This document shows positions 13,401-26,896 of a stretch of 64,000 nucleotides of DNA, piece by piece. Source of the stretch: Macrostomum hystrix (taxonomy: Eukaryota; Animalia; Platyhelminthes); contig CATNEN010000001.1 in assembly GCA_950097015.1 (NCBI GenBank), positions 1,922,001 through 1,986,000 on the forward strand, given 5' to 3'. A program made the translations under genes and the position numbers. The notes beneath the pieces are model-generated. The model saw only the letters and a list, made by a program, of their open reading frames with translations, did no database searches and was not told the origin of the DNA. Each line of letters begins with the position of its first letter. Position 1 is the first letter of the stretch.

Positions 13401-14680
13401 AACGACTGCTAGTGGGGTGTGTGAGAAAGGAAATAAAGAGTGCAGAAGGTAGAGACGGCGAGACGGCGAGACTAGAACAAGAAATATAATGGGAAAGAAA
13501 TAAAACGAATGGCGAAACAAGCAAACGTAAAATTTCTCGCGTTGAATTTAACTAATTCATAGCATATAAGAGGCGAAGACATAAACAAGGAGGATTTTAT
13601 CTTTAAACAGTATCGAACTGCAGAATATTAGAATCCAACTATACTAAAATTCAGACTAGCCTATATTGAAATGTCACACTTGGCAGCCTCACAAAGCCTA
13701 TAGAATAACATGGGGCGCAGCTGATAGGGTTTGAAGATTTCAATTTCGTGGCATTTATAAAACTTAAAAATAGTTAAAAGTACATATTTCTGCTAGAATG
13801 GTTTCAAAAGAATGTAATTAAAGAATTGGATAGAATAGGCTTAGGATAGTTAAATCTCGTAGATAGAAAATTATGAATTCGTTAAGCTTCGTAACTTAGA
13901 ATGCCTTTAATTGGGAAAAATTACGAAGTGATGAAATTAGGAATTCGGAAAAGTTTCGGAGCGTCGAAATGTGAAATTCGGTGGGATGACAATAAGGTTT
14001 CAACGAGAACAAATTGTTTTGTTTTAGAATCTATTTCACACACATTTCCTCCATAAATGTTAAAAAATATTCTAAAAAAATCTTCAATCGTTAATTTAAA
14101 AACGCAATAAAAAATATCCAATTTTCTACAATCCTGAATTCCGGCAGACGCACGCACGACGTTGAATTCGCGTGCGTAGCATAATAAGCCCCTAAAGTCT
14201 TGCTTAAAAAATGCTGCTTGACAAAAACCCTGCAAAAGCTTTTAATTTCGTTGAAACATTCTTTCCATTCTATACTCCCACGCCAGACAACACAAGGAGG
14301 GAGTTTTTTATGGGGACGCAACTAAAACGTGTTTACACCAGAGAATTTCGCTCACTACAGTAGTACAATTGTTCACTAGATAACTAATCATAACGATAAT
14401 AATAGACATGACAACCTTTCGTTCACTAGTCGAAAAAAACATATTTTCTCTGATTACACCACTTTAACATTCTAGTATGCATTTTAAATTATATAAACAA
14501 GCTAAATAGCTTACCATAATCAATTGATCAGATGGCATCAGTGGCGGCTGCTGCTGCTGCTGTTGCTGTTGCTGCAATTGATAAACTGGTCTCGGCTGAC
14601 CAATCAATGGCAATTGCGACTGCTGCTGTTGCTGTAATTGAGAAGTTGGCATCTGCTGCATTTGGTGTTGGTGTTGCTGC

Positions 14681-14715
<35 letters not shown>

Positions 14716-17700
14716 TGGCGTCAGATGAACTGCAGCGGGAGCTGCTACAGGTGTTCCACGTGGCGAAGCCACCGCTGAATAAAATGCTGGAGAAATCGGA
14801 TTTGGCAACTGCTGCTGCTGCTGCTGCTGCGGTGTTGTCGGACCTCGAGTTGGTGTACCCGGCTGCGACGGCGGCGTCTGCGGCGGTCCGAAACCGACCT
14901 GGGCGCCGGCTCCACTGCTGGCTAGTCCGGCGCCAGGCGAAAACAATGAGGCACTGCCTGGCGACGACATTGTTGTCGTTTCGTCGATCGAGTAGACTCG
15001 ACCAAGCGGCGGCGGAGGCGGCGGCGGCATAGCTCCTAGCGCGTTGCCGGGAATCAAACCGGCAGCTGATGAATCGGCAACTGCAGCAGCTTTGCCAGAA
15101 TTTGAAGACGACGAAGCCTTCTTCTTGGATGACGGAGGCTTCTGGTCGGCTTTGTTAGCCCTGGCCCGAGCCTAAATTAAGAATAGAAAATAAGAAATAA
15201 GCTTATTAACACTGTGGCCTGGTGTTCATGGCTTCAGACCGCTAAGCTAGAGGTCGGGGGTTCGAATTTCAACCCAAGGGGAATCCATTATTGTCCACAT
15301 GGAAGATATTTAATTCCCATAGCGCTTTGATTCACTCAGCAGTAAAATGTAAAATGTGCACAGTCATCAGTTGGGGGAAATGTTGACGTTTTTTGCGGCC
15401 TTTCCAGTCCACGGACTGTAAATCTGTCCTTTTACTTCTACATATAACTAGAGATGTGATAGCTGTAATGAACTTTTCGTGTTTATTATTGCTTAGTTTT
15501 TTTGTTTTTTTGCAGCTAATGAAGCAGTGTTAAGTATACCTATGATGTATACATATGCATAGATACATTTATATATATAATTCCTTGCAGTTGCGAAGCA
15601 AAAGATAGAAGATAAAGAAAAAAACACACTTTTTAGTAGGCGAGAGACAGTATACAGAGAAATACTGAAATGGGGGAAGAGAAAAAAGGCAAATTGGCTT
15701 TAGTTCCCAACCTCTCCGCCTGCTGCTGCCCCAGAATAATAAAATGATTTTTCTTCCCTCTCGCTGCGCCTACCTTAGTAATTATTTTCTTTCGCTTTAT
15801 CATTCTATTTCAGCTGCATTCTAAATTGTTGCCACCTTATAAAACTAGTAAATATCAAACATTTAAGACAGGAACACTCAGCGGAATTATAAATGAATGC
15901 AAAAGATTGTCAATCTACTAAGTACACATGTGGTTGTATTAATAAAAAACGCAACTTACAATGCATACACTCAGACACACGAATCAATAGATGCTATTGT
16001 ATGCCTATGGAAATGGGAGATAGATTAGATATTGCTTAAACAGAGCCCAGCGATATCAGAATATGCGGGATCGATTTCAGTTCGCTTATTATATTACAGG
16101 CCAGCCTAGGGGTAGGATGCCTCGAGGGAGAACTGCATTATAATATCCCGTAAAGGAATTTAGTGCATTAGAATAGGGAAAACACTGTTTTAGCGACGAT
16201 CAAATACGGATGTACACAGAAGGGAGAACTTGGAACACAAAAACTGATCGTTCTGTTTTTTTCTTCTTAACTAGCAAAATATGGTTTCCTGAACACAGAC
16301 GCACAAACACTCTAGATACAGCTTAGTGCCTAGGAATTAAAAAACGAACCCAATCTTCAAGAATGTCTTTCTCTTGAAGAAAGACATTTTGAAGATAATA
16401 TGGATCTTGAAGATAATCTTGAAGATAATATGGATTTTTTCTAAATTGCATACCACACAGAAGACTACAAGCAATAGAGGCAAAGATGGAGAATAAAAAG
16501 CAGCAATGTTCTGTTGGACCCTGAGACAGGAGGAAACAGAAGGGGAGAGGTAGAGAGATGTATAGGGGTAGAGGGAGAGAGAGACAGAGGAATAGGGACA
16601 GAGCGAGAGAGGGAGAAAGGGAGAGATGGAGAAAGGGAGAGATGGAGAAAGGCAGAGATGGAGAAAGGGAGAGATGGAGAAAGGGAGAGATGGAGAAAGG
16701 GAGAGATGGAGAAAGGGAGAAAGGGAGAAAGGGAGAAAGGGAGAGATGGAGAAAGGGAGAGATGGAGAAAGGGAGAAAGGGAGAGATGGAGAAAGGGAGA
16801 AAGGGAGAGATGGAGAAAGGGAGAAAGGGAGAGATGGAGAAAGGGAGAGATGGAGAAAGGGAGAGATGGAGAAAGGGAGAGATGGAGAAAGGCAGAGATG
16901 GAGAAAGGGAGAGATGGAGTAAGGGAGAGATGGAGAAAGGGAGAGATGGAGAAAGGGAGAAAGGGAGAGATGGAGAAAGGGAGAGATGGAGAAAGGGAGA
17001 GATGGAGAAAGGGAGAGATGGAGAAAGGGAGAGATGGAGAAAGGGAGAGATGGAGAAAGGCAGAGATGGAGAAAGGGAGAGATGGAGAAAGGGAGAGATG
17101 GAGAAAGGGAGAGAAGGAGAAAGGGAGAAAGGGAGAGAAGGAGAAAGGGAGTTAAAAAGAGTAGGATGGAGACAACGAGGAAAGAACAAAACATACTAAT
17201 TATAGAAATATTAGCAATCACAAATATAATACAGAAATTAACTACAGTAAAGCAAATCTAAACAAAAGGCTGAAGACAAAGATAAATTTTGTTCTGTTCT
17301 ACTGTCTGTGCGCGCAGCATTTTCAATCAATTTAACTACAGATTTAGCGATGATAGAGAAGAGTGAGATAGACATCGCACTGGTTATTTTGAAGGGTTAA
17401 TTCTAAACGATCGCTACTAATTAACTACAATGAGTTATTTATACTTAAATAATATTGCATAATTAATTGCTTGAATATTGGAGAGAAACTCTATAGGGTA
17501 GTACAAAGAAAATACATGCACGATCACGCTAAAAAACTGCCTACTAGTTCGCATTCTTACTCCTACACAGTCTTAGCAGGGATATCGCATAAGATATATA
17601 CTATATAACGCAGTTAATATCTAGTACAGCAAAAAAACTGGAAAGAGATAGAATCTAAAAATAGAAACACTGATGAGACAGCCATTCCTCTCTTAACGAG

Positions 17701-20700
17701 GGCCTTTAACTAGTTAAAGAATATATAGAAAACCATATACAATAATAATAATAATAAGCGGAGGCGGAAGACGAGAAGTAAAGTGGGGACGAGGGACAAA
17801 AAACGCGCACAGTTGAGCTAGTACGGATAAAATAGGAAAAATAACTTCCTTTTGTGTTGGGCGTTTTTTAATTAGCTGCCTAAACTGAGTATCGAACACT
17901 ATACTAGTGCCAGCTATTATTACAGATAGACTTCCGTTTTATTTCTATAAAATTACCCATTTAATGATTAAACAGTTTTGTATTTGAATCAACTGAATTT
18001 TACATACTAGTCACATTCCTAAGGCTAGCATCCAAGCAAAATAACACCCCAGTTTCTTAACACTCCACATAGCGACATAACACCTCAGTGTCATAACACG
18101 ATAGCGACATAACACCTCAGTGTCATAACACGATAGCGACATAACACCTCAGTGTCATAACACGATAGCGACATAACACCTCAGTGTCATAACACGATAG
18201 CGACATAACACCTCAGTGTCATAACACGATAGCGACATAACACCTCAGTATCATAACATGCTAGCTAGGTAACACATCAGTATCATAACACGCTAGCAAC
18301 ATAAAACCTCAGTATCATAACATGCTAGCAACATAACACCTCAGTATCATAACATGCTAGCAGCATAACACCTCAGTGTCATAACAAGATAGCAACATAA
18401 CACCTCAGTGTCATAACATGCTAGCAACATAACACCTCAGTGTCATAACACGATAGCAACATAACACCTCAGTGTCATAACATGCTAGCAACATAACACC
18501 TCAGTGTCATAACACGATAGCGACATAACACCTCAGTGTCATAACATGCTAGCAACATAACACCTCAGTGTCATAACACGATAGCGACATAACACCTCAG
18601 TGTCATAACATGCTAGCAGCATAACACCTCAGTGTCATAACACGATAGCGACATAACACCTCAGTGTCATAACACGCTAGCTACATAGTCTGTATTTTGG
18701 CTGCACAAATTGAACCAACCAATAATTTCTACAAGCCGTGTGTTTGAACAAACGAAGCAGTTTACTTAGCACTACTGTTTACATTTAAAATGTACTATTC
18801 CACCAGTATTGGTCTATAATTCACTAAGAAAACAATGCTATGTCCTATGTCCTTACAATTACATCTTTTCCTAACCCCATTTTAATCCTATTCACATAAA
18901 AGTATATCATTGTTGTACTTTTACTACATAGCTATATAATAAAAGTACAGAAATGCACCGTGAAAGCAGGCGAAGTTTAACTGTCCTAATTTTAATTACA
19001 CCTTTGACTATAAATAATTATTGCTTGCAGAATAACCCCGGCTAAGAAAGGCAAAAGTAGAATACAAAAAACCATTTCGTAAGGCGCGGAAAATTGCTTT
19101 CAGCCAAATAGCATCTTAGAGACTGTGGGCGGCAATTATTCTCCGGCGACAATCTTCGCGTTTTCGCAATCTATTCTCCTTGATCCAGTTATTTTTCCTC
19201 ATTTTTTTAATTCCTATCTAATCGGTCCAACATAGCGAAGTCATTCGCAACCAAACAAGAAAAAATCACGTGGTACGAATGTGTTTTACATTTTTGTTTT
19301 TGTTACATTATTTAATAAAAGTAAGGTACTTAGATTATTCTACTTACTGTACTTAGATAGTTTGGTCATTACCTTACTAGAACTTAGAATATTCTAAGAG
19401 GGTAATGACCAAACTATACACACCATGGATGAGGGTAATGACCAAACTATACACACCATGGATGAGGGTAATGACCAAACTATACACACAATGGAAGTGG
19501 GTAATGACCAAACTATACACACAATGGAAGTGGGTAATGACCAAACTAAACACAGAATGGAAGTGGGTAATGACCAAACTAAACACAGAATGGACGTGGG
19601 TAATGACCAAACTAAACACACAATGGACGTGGGTAATGACCAAACTATACACACAATGGACGTGGGTAATGACCAAACTATACACACAATGGACGTGGGG
19701 GTTATACCAATCTAAACACACAATGGAAGTGGGTAATGACCAAACTAAACACACAATGGAAGTGGGTAATGACCAAACTAAACACAGAATGGAAGTGGGT
19801 AATGACCAAACTAAACACACAATGGACGTGGGTAATGACCAAACTAAACACACCATGGATGAGGGTAATGACCAAACTAAACACAGAATGGACGTGGGTA
19901 ATGACCAAACTAAACACACCATGGATGAGGGTAATGACCAAACTAAACGCACAATGGACGTGGGTAATGACCAAACTAAACACAGAATGGAAGTGGGTAA
20001 TGACCAAACTAAACACACAATGGACGTGGGTAATGACCAAACTAAACACAGAATGGAAGTGGGTAATGACCAAACTTAACACACAATGGACGTGGGTAAT
20101 GACCAAACTATACACACAATGGACGTGGGTAATGACCAAACTAAACACACAATGGACGTGGGTAATGACCAAACTAAACACACAATGGACGTGGGTAATG
20201 ACCAAACTAAACACAGAATGGAAGTGGGTAATGACCAAACTAAACGCACAATGGACGTGGGTAATGACCAAACTAAACACAGAATGGAAGTGGGTAATGA
20301 CCAAACTAAACACACAATGGACGTGGGTAATGACCAAACTAAACTCAGAATGGACGTGGGTAATGACCAAACTAAACACACGATGGGGGATATGAAAAAC
20401 TCAAAGATTAACTACCTAACATTAATCATTTATTCAAAGGTCACAGTGGTAAAAAAACAAAAAATAGCCAAACAAGAAAGCGAACTTACCACCCAGACAT
20501 TTCGATCCTCTGGCGGCAGCTTGCGCCACATCTTGTGAATAGCTTTGAATCTTTCCATAGGATCCGGTAATTCATTCTTTAGCATAGGTTGAGTGTGATT
20601 TATAAATAGCACCGGAGCCACAGTCGACCGATCGCCGAGTACTTCATCCTCCAGCCAGCGACTCGGATTGAATCGTTTATTGCTGACTGCAGATGCTGAC

Positions 20701-23700
20701 GCAGCCGCCACGGAAGCCGAAGCAGCTGCAGAAACGGATGCGGCCGCGTCGTTCGAAGATCCTGGAGACGTTGATAGCATCGGGGAAGCCGGTAGCTGCT
20801 GCTGCTGAGAAGCTAAAGAGGCCGTCGACGTAGAAGACAATGTAACCATTTGATTTGTTGTAACTTGCTGAGCTTGCTGCGACGGCATTTGCGGCATCGA
20901 TGGTGCGACCATAGACGTTGGCGAGCCCCAAGCTGGATGCTGCTGCTGCTGTTGTTGTTGAGGCTGATAAACAGAAGTAGTTGGCTGCGATTGAACAACA
21001 TGATGCTGCCCCATGTAAGGCGGCGGTGGCGGCGGAGGCGGAGGCGGTGGAGGAGGCGGGAGCGGAGGCGGTGGCGGCAGCGTAGTTCGAGGAACCAGCT
21101 GCTGCATATCAAGCATATCGGCGGCACCCTGGTCGCATAGCTGCACTAAACTGGGATCAATATTGTCCAGATCTAAATCGTCCTCTGGCATCGGTCGTTC
21201 ACCAACAGCCATCTCTTCGCCGAGCATGTTAAATAGATCCTCATCCGGGAAGCCGACGTCCATAATATCGTTGTCCATAATGATTTCGTCATCTTCGTCA
21301 GCTGCAGGTGGAGGCGGCTGTGGTCCAGCAGCGGTATTGGCCGCAGAGGTGGCATTAGGCGTGGCGCCTCCAGGCGACACAAAAGATTGTCCAACCGTGA
21401 CTGGGGAAGCTTTCACATCCATGACCGATGCTGTAGTTGATGTCGGGGCAGTCGCCGAAGTTGAAGAAAAAGACACTGACAATGATGGCTGATGATTAAG
21501 CATCTGGTGTTGCTGCTGATGCTGATGTAACTGGGCTTGAGACACAGCAGTTGGTGCATAGCCGGACGGTAAAAACACTGGCGGGCGTTGCTGCATCTGC
21601 TGCTGCAACTGATATTGTTGCTGCTGCTGTTGAGAAAGATTCGGGTGAACGTGTCTCAACTGTTGTGGATGAAGCTGATGTTGCTGCAACTGATGCTGCT
21701 GCTGCTGTTGCTGCTGCAAAAGTGCCTGTTGTGTTGACGGCACTAGCGCTGAAGGCAGAGCTAAGCCAACAGGCGGTTTAGCGGAATTGTCTAATTCAAC
21801 TGCTGATTGTTGGAGCTGCTGCTGCTGCTGCCGTTTAGCAGCCATTGGCACCACCGGACTCATAATCAACTCGCTAGCCGATACATCAGAATCATCTTCG
21901 GCGTCGGATAGCGCCAGAGCCGGACCTGCTGCGGCGCCAGAAGCGCCACCGATGGAATTAGTTCGATCGCCAACATCGATTAAAGGACGGCCAAGGAATG
22001 CTTCCATAAGATAATCCGGATACGACTCTTCAATGTCGCCCACTCTTCTTTTAACGGTTCGCTTCTTGACGCCTCCGCTCGGAGCAGCAGCGGCGCCGAC
22101 TCCAGAAGCGCTAGACTGCTGCTGACCAGACGGCTTTCTAGGTTTGACGCGTTGCTGGCGCGGTCGGAAGCCGCCAACGCCAAGATTTGTTGGCTTCCGT
22201 ATTCGACCAGCTGCTGCGGCGGCCGATGCTCCGCCCGATTTCCCAGCTACATTGCTAGCCGACTTGCTAGAAGCTGAATCGGCGGAGACATTCAATCCGG
22301 CTGTAGCGGCCACTGACTCCGATTGTCCGCTTATATTAATTAAACTTGAAGCCGCATTGGAACTGCAACCGACGCCTCCGCCGCCTTCCTCAGATTGCAA
22401 ACTTGGCGATTTGATCTCGTTGAGTAGGTCCTGATTCGAGTGAAGAGATTCAGACTCGGCCGCTTCTGGCAGCTCCGAGGGTCCGTGACCGAGTAGGCGA
22501 CTAAGCTGCTGCTGAGCTGCCGGCGGCGGGGCAACTGGCGCTCGAGCCGTAGCGCCAGACTTGCCATTGCCAAATGTTTTCTTTGGCATCTTGAGCATAA
22601 CACTGCGAATGACATTCAATCCGGATTCTGATAGGACAACACCGTCCATGAAGAACTGCTTCGAAGGCGTGTCCGGATCAACGGAAGCCCCAGCTAATGC
22701 GGCTGCAGCGGAAGCGGCAGTTAACTGACCGGAGCTGCTACCGCCGACGTTGCCGCCACCGATGCCAAATGCAGATGGCCCTAACGAGGTCAAATTCGAA
22801 CCGGGAGTTGCGCAACCAATAACAGCATCCAACGCTGATGTCAACGAAGAGGATCCACCGACAATGCCTGGCGTGTCCGGACCACCGGAGCAGCCTAATC
22901 GCAGCAATGCTGGAGCGCGCAACGGTTCCTGACCGCGACAATGATAGCACAGATAGCCGTAATCGGCTACGGCTTCAGCTTCAGCCTCGGATTTTAAACC
23001 GTCGCACAAAACGTGGCCCCATCTTTCGCATTGGCCGCAGTGAATCAATAAATCACCGTCTCTATAAGGAGCTGTGCAAATTGGACAATTATAATAAGAT
23101 TGGCAAGGTCCGCATCTAGTGAAATTCTTCTGCCAAGAACAATTGTAGCCGGGACTGCGACTACCGCACAGGCTGCAAATCACGCAGTGGCGACATTTCC
23201 AAGCGCCTTTTGGCACTTCGGTTAGTGGCGGATCCAAGCAGAAGGTGTGATAAGAGATGTCGCAATCATCGCATAACAACAGCAAGCTCTCTTTATCCGT
23301 GTCGCCGCAACCTTCGCACACAGTACAGTCTAGACAGCGCCAACCCTTTTCAATCATTACCGGCGTCACTCTGGTTACACCGGCGCAGAACGGATGATAG
23401 CACTGGCCGCATTGGACGCAGCACATTAGGCGTTGTTCGCAACCGTCTCCGATGGCACCGCAGGCTAAGCAGACATCCTACAATTATTATGGATGAAATT
23501 ATAGAGGCCAGTGAAACCCACAAAACTGTCATTTGTGACAGTTATCTGTCATTTATAACCACTTATCTAAAAACTTCAGATCAACTAACTGCAACAAACC
23601 TGCGCATTGAAGTACTGCTCTTCAACTTCTCGGCAAACAACAATAGTCTGCGGATGCTCGTCCTTGTCTTCAACAAGTCCACCGGCGCCTTTGCCACCAG

Positions 23701-26700
23701 GACCGGTCAAAGTACCGCCGCTGCCATCACTGGCTTTGCATCGGCCAGATTTTGACGAAGTTGACGATCGTCTGGCAGCTGCCGGACCAACGGCTGCGGC
23801 AGACGACGATGACAACGACGTGCGAGGACCTACGCCGCCGCCGCCGCTTCGAGAGCCTTTCTTACCGCCAGCAGAAGCGGCGCCGCCGGAAGCCGGCCCA
23901 CCGGGAGGCACTCGACGCGATGCGGCAGCGGTCTGCTGACGACGCGGCTGCTGAAGTTTGCCAGACGCTTTGCCGCCGGCGCTGGGCGGCCCCCAGTCGG
24001 CATCGGCGGCTGAAGAATTGTCATCCTGACCGCTGTCCTCTTCTGCGTATTCGTCTGACGCGGCGGGCGTTGCCGCCGCTACTCCAGCAGCAGTCATGGA
24101 CGAGACGGGGACAACAGCGGACGAGGCAGCGCCAGAAGCTGCAGCCGAGGTGCCAGACGATGTTAAGGTTGATGTCGAAGCGGGCCCGATAGCGAGTCGA
24201 TTGCCGGTGACGGATCCTCCGGCTGTTGGCGGTCTTCTCTGCCTACACCTGCCGCACCTGGTGTAATTTCGGTGCCACCTAGAACCGGTTCGCCGGCCGC
24301 ACTGTAGACAAACACGACATCTGGCACATTTCCAACCATTTCTAGGCACCTGAGGAATAGCCGGCCTAAGGCAATAAGTGTGATAGGCCTTGTCACAAAT
24401 GTCGCACATTAATAATAATTCTGGACTTTTATTTTCGCAGCACTGTTGACAGGCCTTGCAGTCGGGGCACTGCCAACCAACTCGCACGGTGGGACTAAGC
24501 GTCACTCGAGGCTCCATGCAGGTTGGATGATAATGCTGGCCGCAGCCAGTGCAGCAGAGCATATCGGCCGCCTCTTGTCCGCCAGAAGCAGATCGATCGC
24601 AGACGTAACAGACTGGCAGTTGGCCAATAGACAGATGATCAAGACACCACAGCCTTGGCGATTGCTGACTAATATCGGCCAGATTATTAGTTGGCACTGT
24701 TGACAGAGCCCCAGCACAGTCTAGCAGACAACCGGAGGCGGCTGCGCACACGGTGTGATAATGCTGCTGGCAACGAGGCGCGGAGCATGGCACGCTGGCG
24801 CCTAGCTGACGACAGAACGAGCAGGTCAGGCCTAGAGCGGCTACTAGGGCCCGCTCAGTAGCAGCCGGATCGTTGATAGACGCGCCCGGCGTCCACATTA
24901 TGCAGGACCGGTGGGCCCACAAGTTGCGATCGGCGTCAACTAGCTGAGCAGGGTCCGGCTCCTCGGCGTGGCCGACGCGACCGAGTTCGTCAACTAGACC
25001 GTAGGGCCGGCCGATTGCATCTAGCCAAGGCGTTGGCAGGCCAGGCCTGGGACCTTCAACTGGTCGGCACTCTTTTAATCGCCTAGCAACGTCGTAGCAA
25101 CACGAGGCTGCATCTTCCGCGACAGTTGATGACGACATTGACGCTGTTGTCGCAGCGGGCCGGCGACGACCGCCAGCAGGGCGCCGAGCGCTAGCTCCGA
25201 CAAAGCCGGCGAATCTGAAGCTGACGAGGTCTCCGCCGCCCTGACCGAAGGCGCTATTGGAGGCCGGGAGATTGCAGAATGCGCATAACGACTGTGGCTG
25301 TTGCTGCTGCTGCTGCTGTTGACTGGCAGATTCACTGTAGCTAAAAGTGATTCATTTAGAATTTTATAAGCAACAATTCTATACATCAACGACTGATTTA
25401 AAATATAATCTACTAGATGAAGTCTCTAACCTAGTAGATCAAGTCTCTAATCTAGTAACAATTCTATACATCAACGACTGATTTAAAATATAATCTACTA
25501 GATGAAGTCTCTAACCTAGTAGATCAAGTCTCTAATCTAGTAGATCAAGTCTCTAACCTAGTAGATCAAGTCTCTAACCTAGTAGATCAAGTCTCAAATC
25601 TAGCAGATCAAGTCTCTAATCTAGCACATCAAGTCTCAAATCTAGCAGATCAAGTCTCTAACCTAGTAGATCAAGTCTCAAATCTAGCCGATTAAGTCTC
25701 TAATCTAGCAGATCAAGTCTCTAACCTAGTAGATCAAGTCTCAAATCTAGCCGATTAAGTCTCTAATCTAGCAGATCAAGTCTCTAACCTAGTAGATCAA
25801 GTCTCTAATCTAGCAGATCAAGTCTCAAATCTAGCAGATCAAGTCTCAAATCTAGCAGATTAAGTCTCTAATCTAGCAGATCAAGTCTCAAATCTAGCAG
25901 ATCAAGTCTCAAATCTAGCAGATCAAGTCTCAAATCTAGCAGATCAAGTCTCAAATCTAGCAGATCAAGTCTCAAATCTAGCAGATCAAGTCTCAAATCT
26001 AGCAGATCAAGTCTCAAATCTAGCAGATTAAGTCTCAAATCTAGCAGATCAAGTCTCAAATCTAGCAGATCAAGTCTCAAATCTAGCAGATACTCTCTAA
26101 TCAAGCCGATTAGATTATTCAAATTCTAATATTCTATGATTTCTATGTCTATAATAACTCTATAATATGTTCGTAATTCTATAAACGTCGCCAATATTTT
26201 TTCGAATTAGACATCTCGTAAACTAGTATAATCAGAAAACAGAAACATATAAAGAAAATAAAAAGTCACATGACTACTGAGCTATTTAAAATCTAATGGC
26301 GTAATCTTTCAGTCGAATAACATTTTCCTGTGCCGTATAGCTTACACCTACGGGCGGATGTTAAACTGAAGATAGGCTGTTGAAAATATGGGGTTGGCAG
26401 ATACGTAATCTCATGACAGCACGACCCTAAAGCAATGCCGAATCTTTTTTAGAAAATTGACACGTAGCTAAATAAATTCAGTTTTTACACCAGTGGGAGG
26501 AAAAAAGAAAAATAGGAAAACAAAAAGATGACATATCTACCTATCAATAGACGACAGCTCGGATTCGACAGACTCGGCTCGCTTCAACTGATGTCCGCCT
26601 AGCAACAAAGAGCCGCCAGTAGATGCAGTAGTTGCCGGCGATACTGGCTCGCTATTGTTTTCGTCTGTGCAGTTGCTACTGGCTACACTGCAAGATTCGT

Positions 26701-26896
26701 CGTCTGGTCCAGCCTCTGATGGATCAGGCGTGTCAACAACGTCAGTCTGAAGTACACTCTCCTGCGAGCCGATCTTGATTTTTAATTTAGCTAATCGAGC
26801 CCTGGGCCCCCTAGAATTGGAATCGTCGCCGCTGTCGCACTCAGGATCTGGGCAATGGCCAGAGTCAGACATTGGCTCCAGCTGTGGCTGCTGCAT
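1..26896 (-). CDS. KMT2C/D: Histone-lysine N-methyltransferase 2C/2D (MLL3/4, Lpt+trr-like); 5' part, runs off the left edge of the window
   Basis: Hand-spliced with frame-consistent GT-AG junctions. Exons: 26896-26541, 25340-23600, 23477-20490, 15171-14515, 10312-10060, 9965-9829, 9420-6883, 3674-2690, 2594-1401, 1128-356, 271-<1. KMT2C/D hallmarks: ePHD (LCAFCN..FGQG; [12 protein letters not shown]; [13 protein letters not shown]), two PHD clusters ([13 protein letters not shown]; [54 protein letters not shown]), [37 protein letters not shown] plus HMG box ([11 protein letters not shown]|ARARAN), [15 protein letters not shown]|AKK coiled coil, FCS motif and [10 protein letters not shown]. 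Confidence 0.93.
4413..6466. repeat. Minisatellite, 29-bp unit (AAACCTGGGGATCTAGAAGGCTTGTTGAT), about 70 copies, in a KMT2C/D intron
   Basis: Tandem units visible directly. Recurring variant units (e.g. the CTAGGGATCATGGGATC insertion) indicate block duplications. Confidence 0.97.
7927..8691 (-). repeat. Coding 69-bp tandem repeat (23 aa [23 protein letters not shown]) within a KMT2C/D exon
   Basis: 9 full units, 1 partial unit and 1 diverged unit, all in frame in the 6883-9420 exon. Confidence 0.95.
10455..10530 (-). mobile_element. tRNA-derived SINE head fragment
   Basis: Reverse strand reads GGTAGTTGTGCTGTTAAG..GAGGTCGTGAGTTCGAATC (A-box-like and B-box-like). Similar to 57985-58035. Confidence 0.5.
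10801..11095. repeat. Dispersed repeat, copy 1 (about 300 bp; non-autonomous TE fragment)
   Basis: Colinear similarity to 45440-45747 (TCAGCATGTCACCCGAATGTGCCTGCAT...CGCAGCTCAACCACAGGACAC...TTGGTAGT). Confidence 0.85.
15210..15435 (+). mobile_element. tRNA-derived SINE (diverged copy)
   Basis: B-box-like GGTCGGGGGTTCGAATT and a 3' CCAGTCCACGGACTG motif shared with the copies at 33.6, 59.0 and 60.5 kb. Confidence 0.6.
16610..17150. repeat. Polypurine minisatellite, 16-bp unit GGAGAAAGGGAGAGAT
   Basis: Tandem repeat visible directly, in a KMT2C/D intron. Confidence 0.95.
18068..18686. repeat. Minisatellite, 32-bp unit (ATAGCGACATAACACCTCAGTGTCATAACACG; two related 16-mers)
   Basis: Tandem repeat visible directly, about 19 copies. 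Confidence 0.95.
19398..20387. repeat. Minisatellite, 33-bp unit (GGGTAATGACCAAACTAAACACACAATGGACGT)
   Basis: About 30 copies, ending about 100 bp from the KMT2C/D donor site at 20489. Confidence 0.96.
25372..26100. repeat. Minisatellite, 21-bp unit (AATCTAGCAGATCAAGTCTCA) preceded by an about 85-bp tandem duplication
   Basis: Visible directly in KMT2C/D coding intron 1. Confidence 0.95.

Noticed and set aside
11100-14450. Hidden gene or intact transposon in the large KMT2C/D intron
   Set aside because: Only short ORFs without recognisable motifs; it looks like decayed repeats and I could not define its ends.
16323-17261. ORFs rich in SPSLPF / GEMEKGR
   Set aside because: Translation of the 16-bp polypurine array.
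19377-20400. ORFs with 11-aa repeats ([11 protein letters not shown] etc.)
   Set aside because: Translation of the 33-bp intronic array; open in several frames.
25868-26122. Leucine-zipper-like ORF (LDLLDLR)n
   Set aside because: This is the 21-bp intronic repeat; the flanking KMT2 exons join in frame without it.
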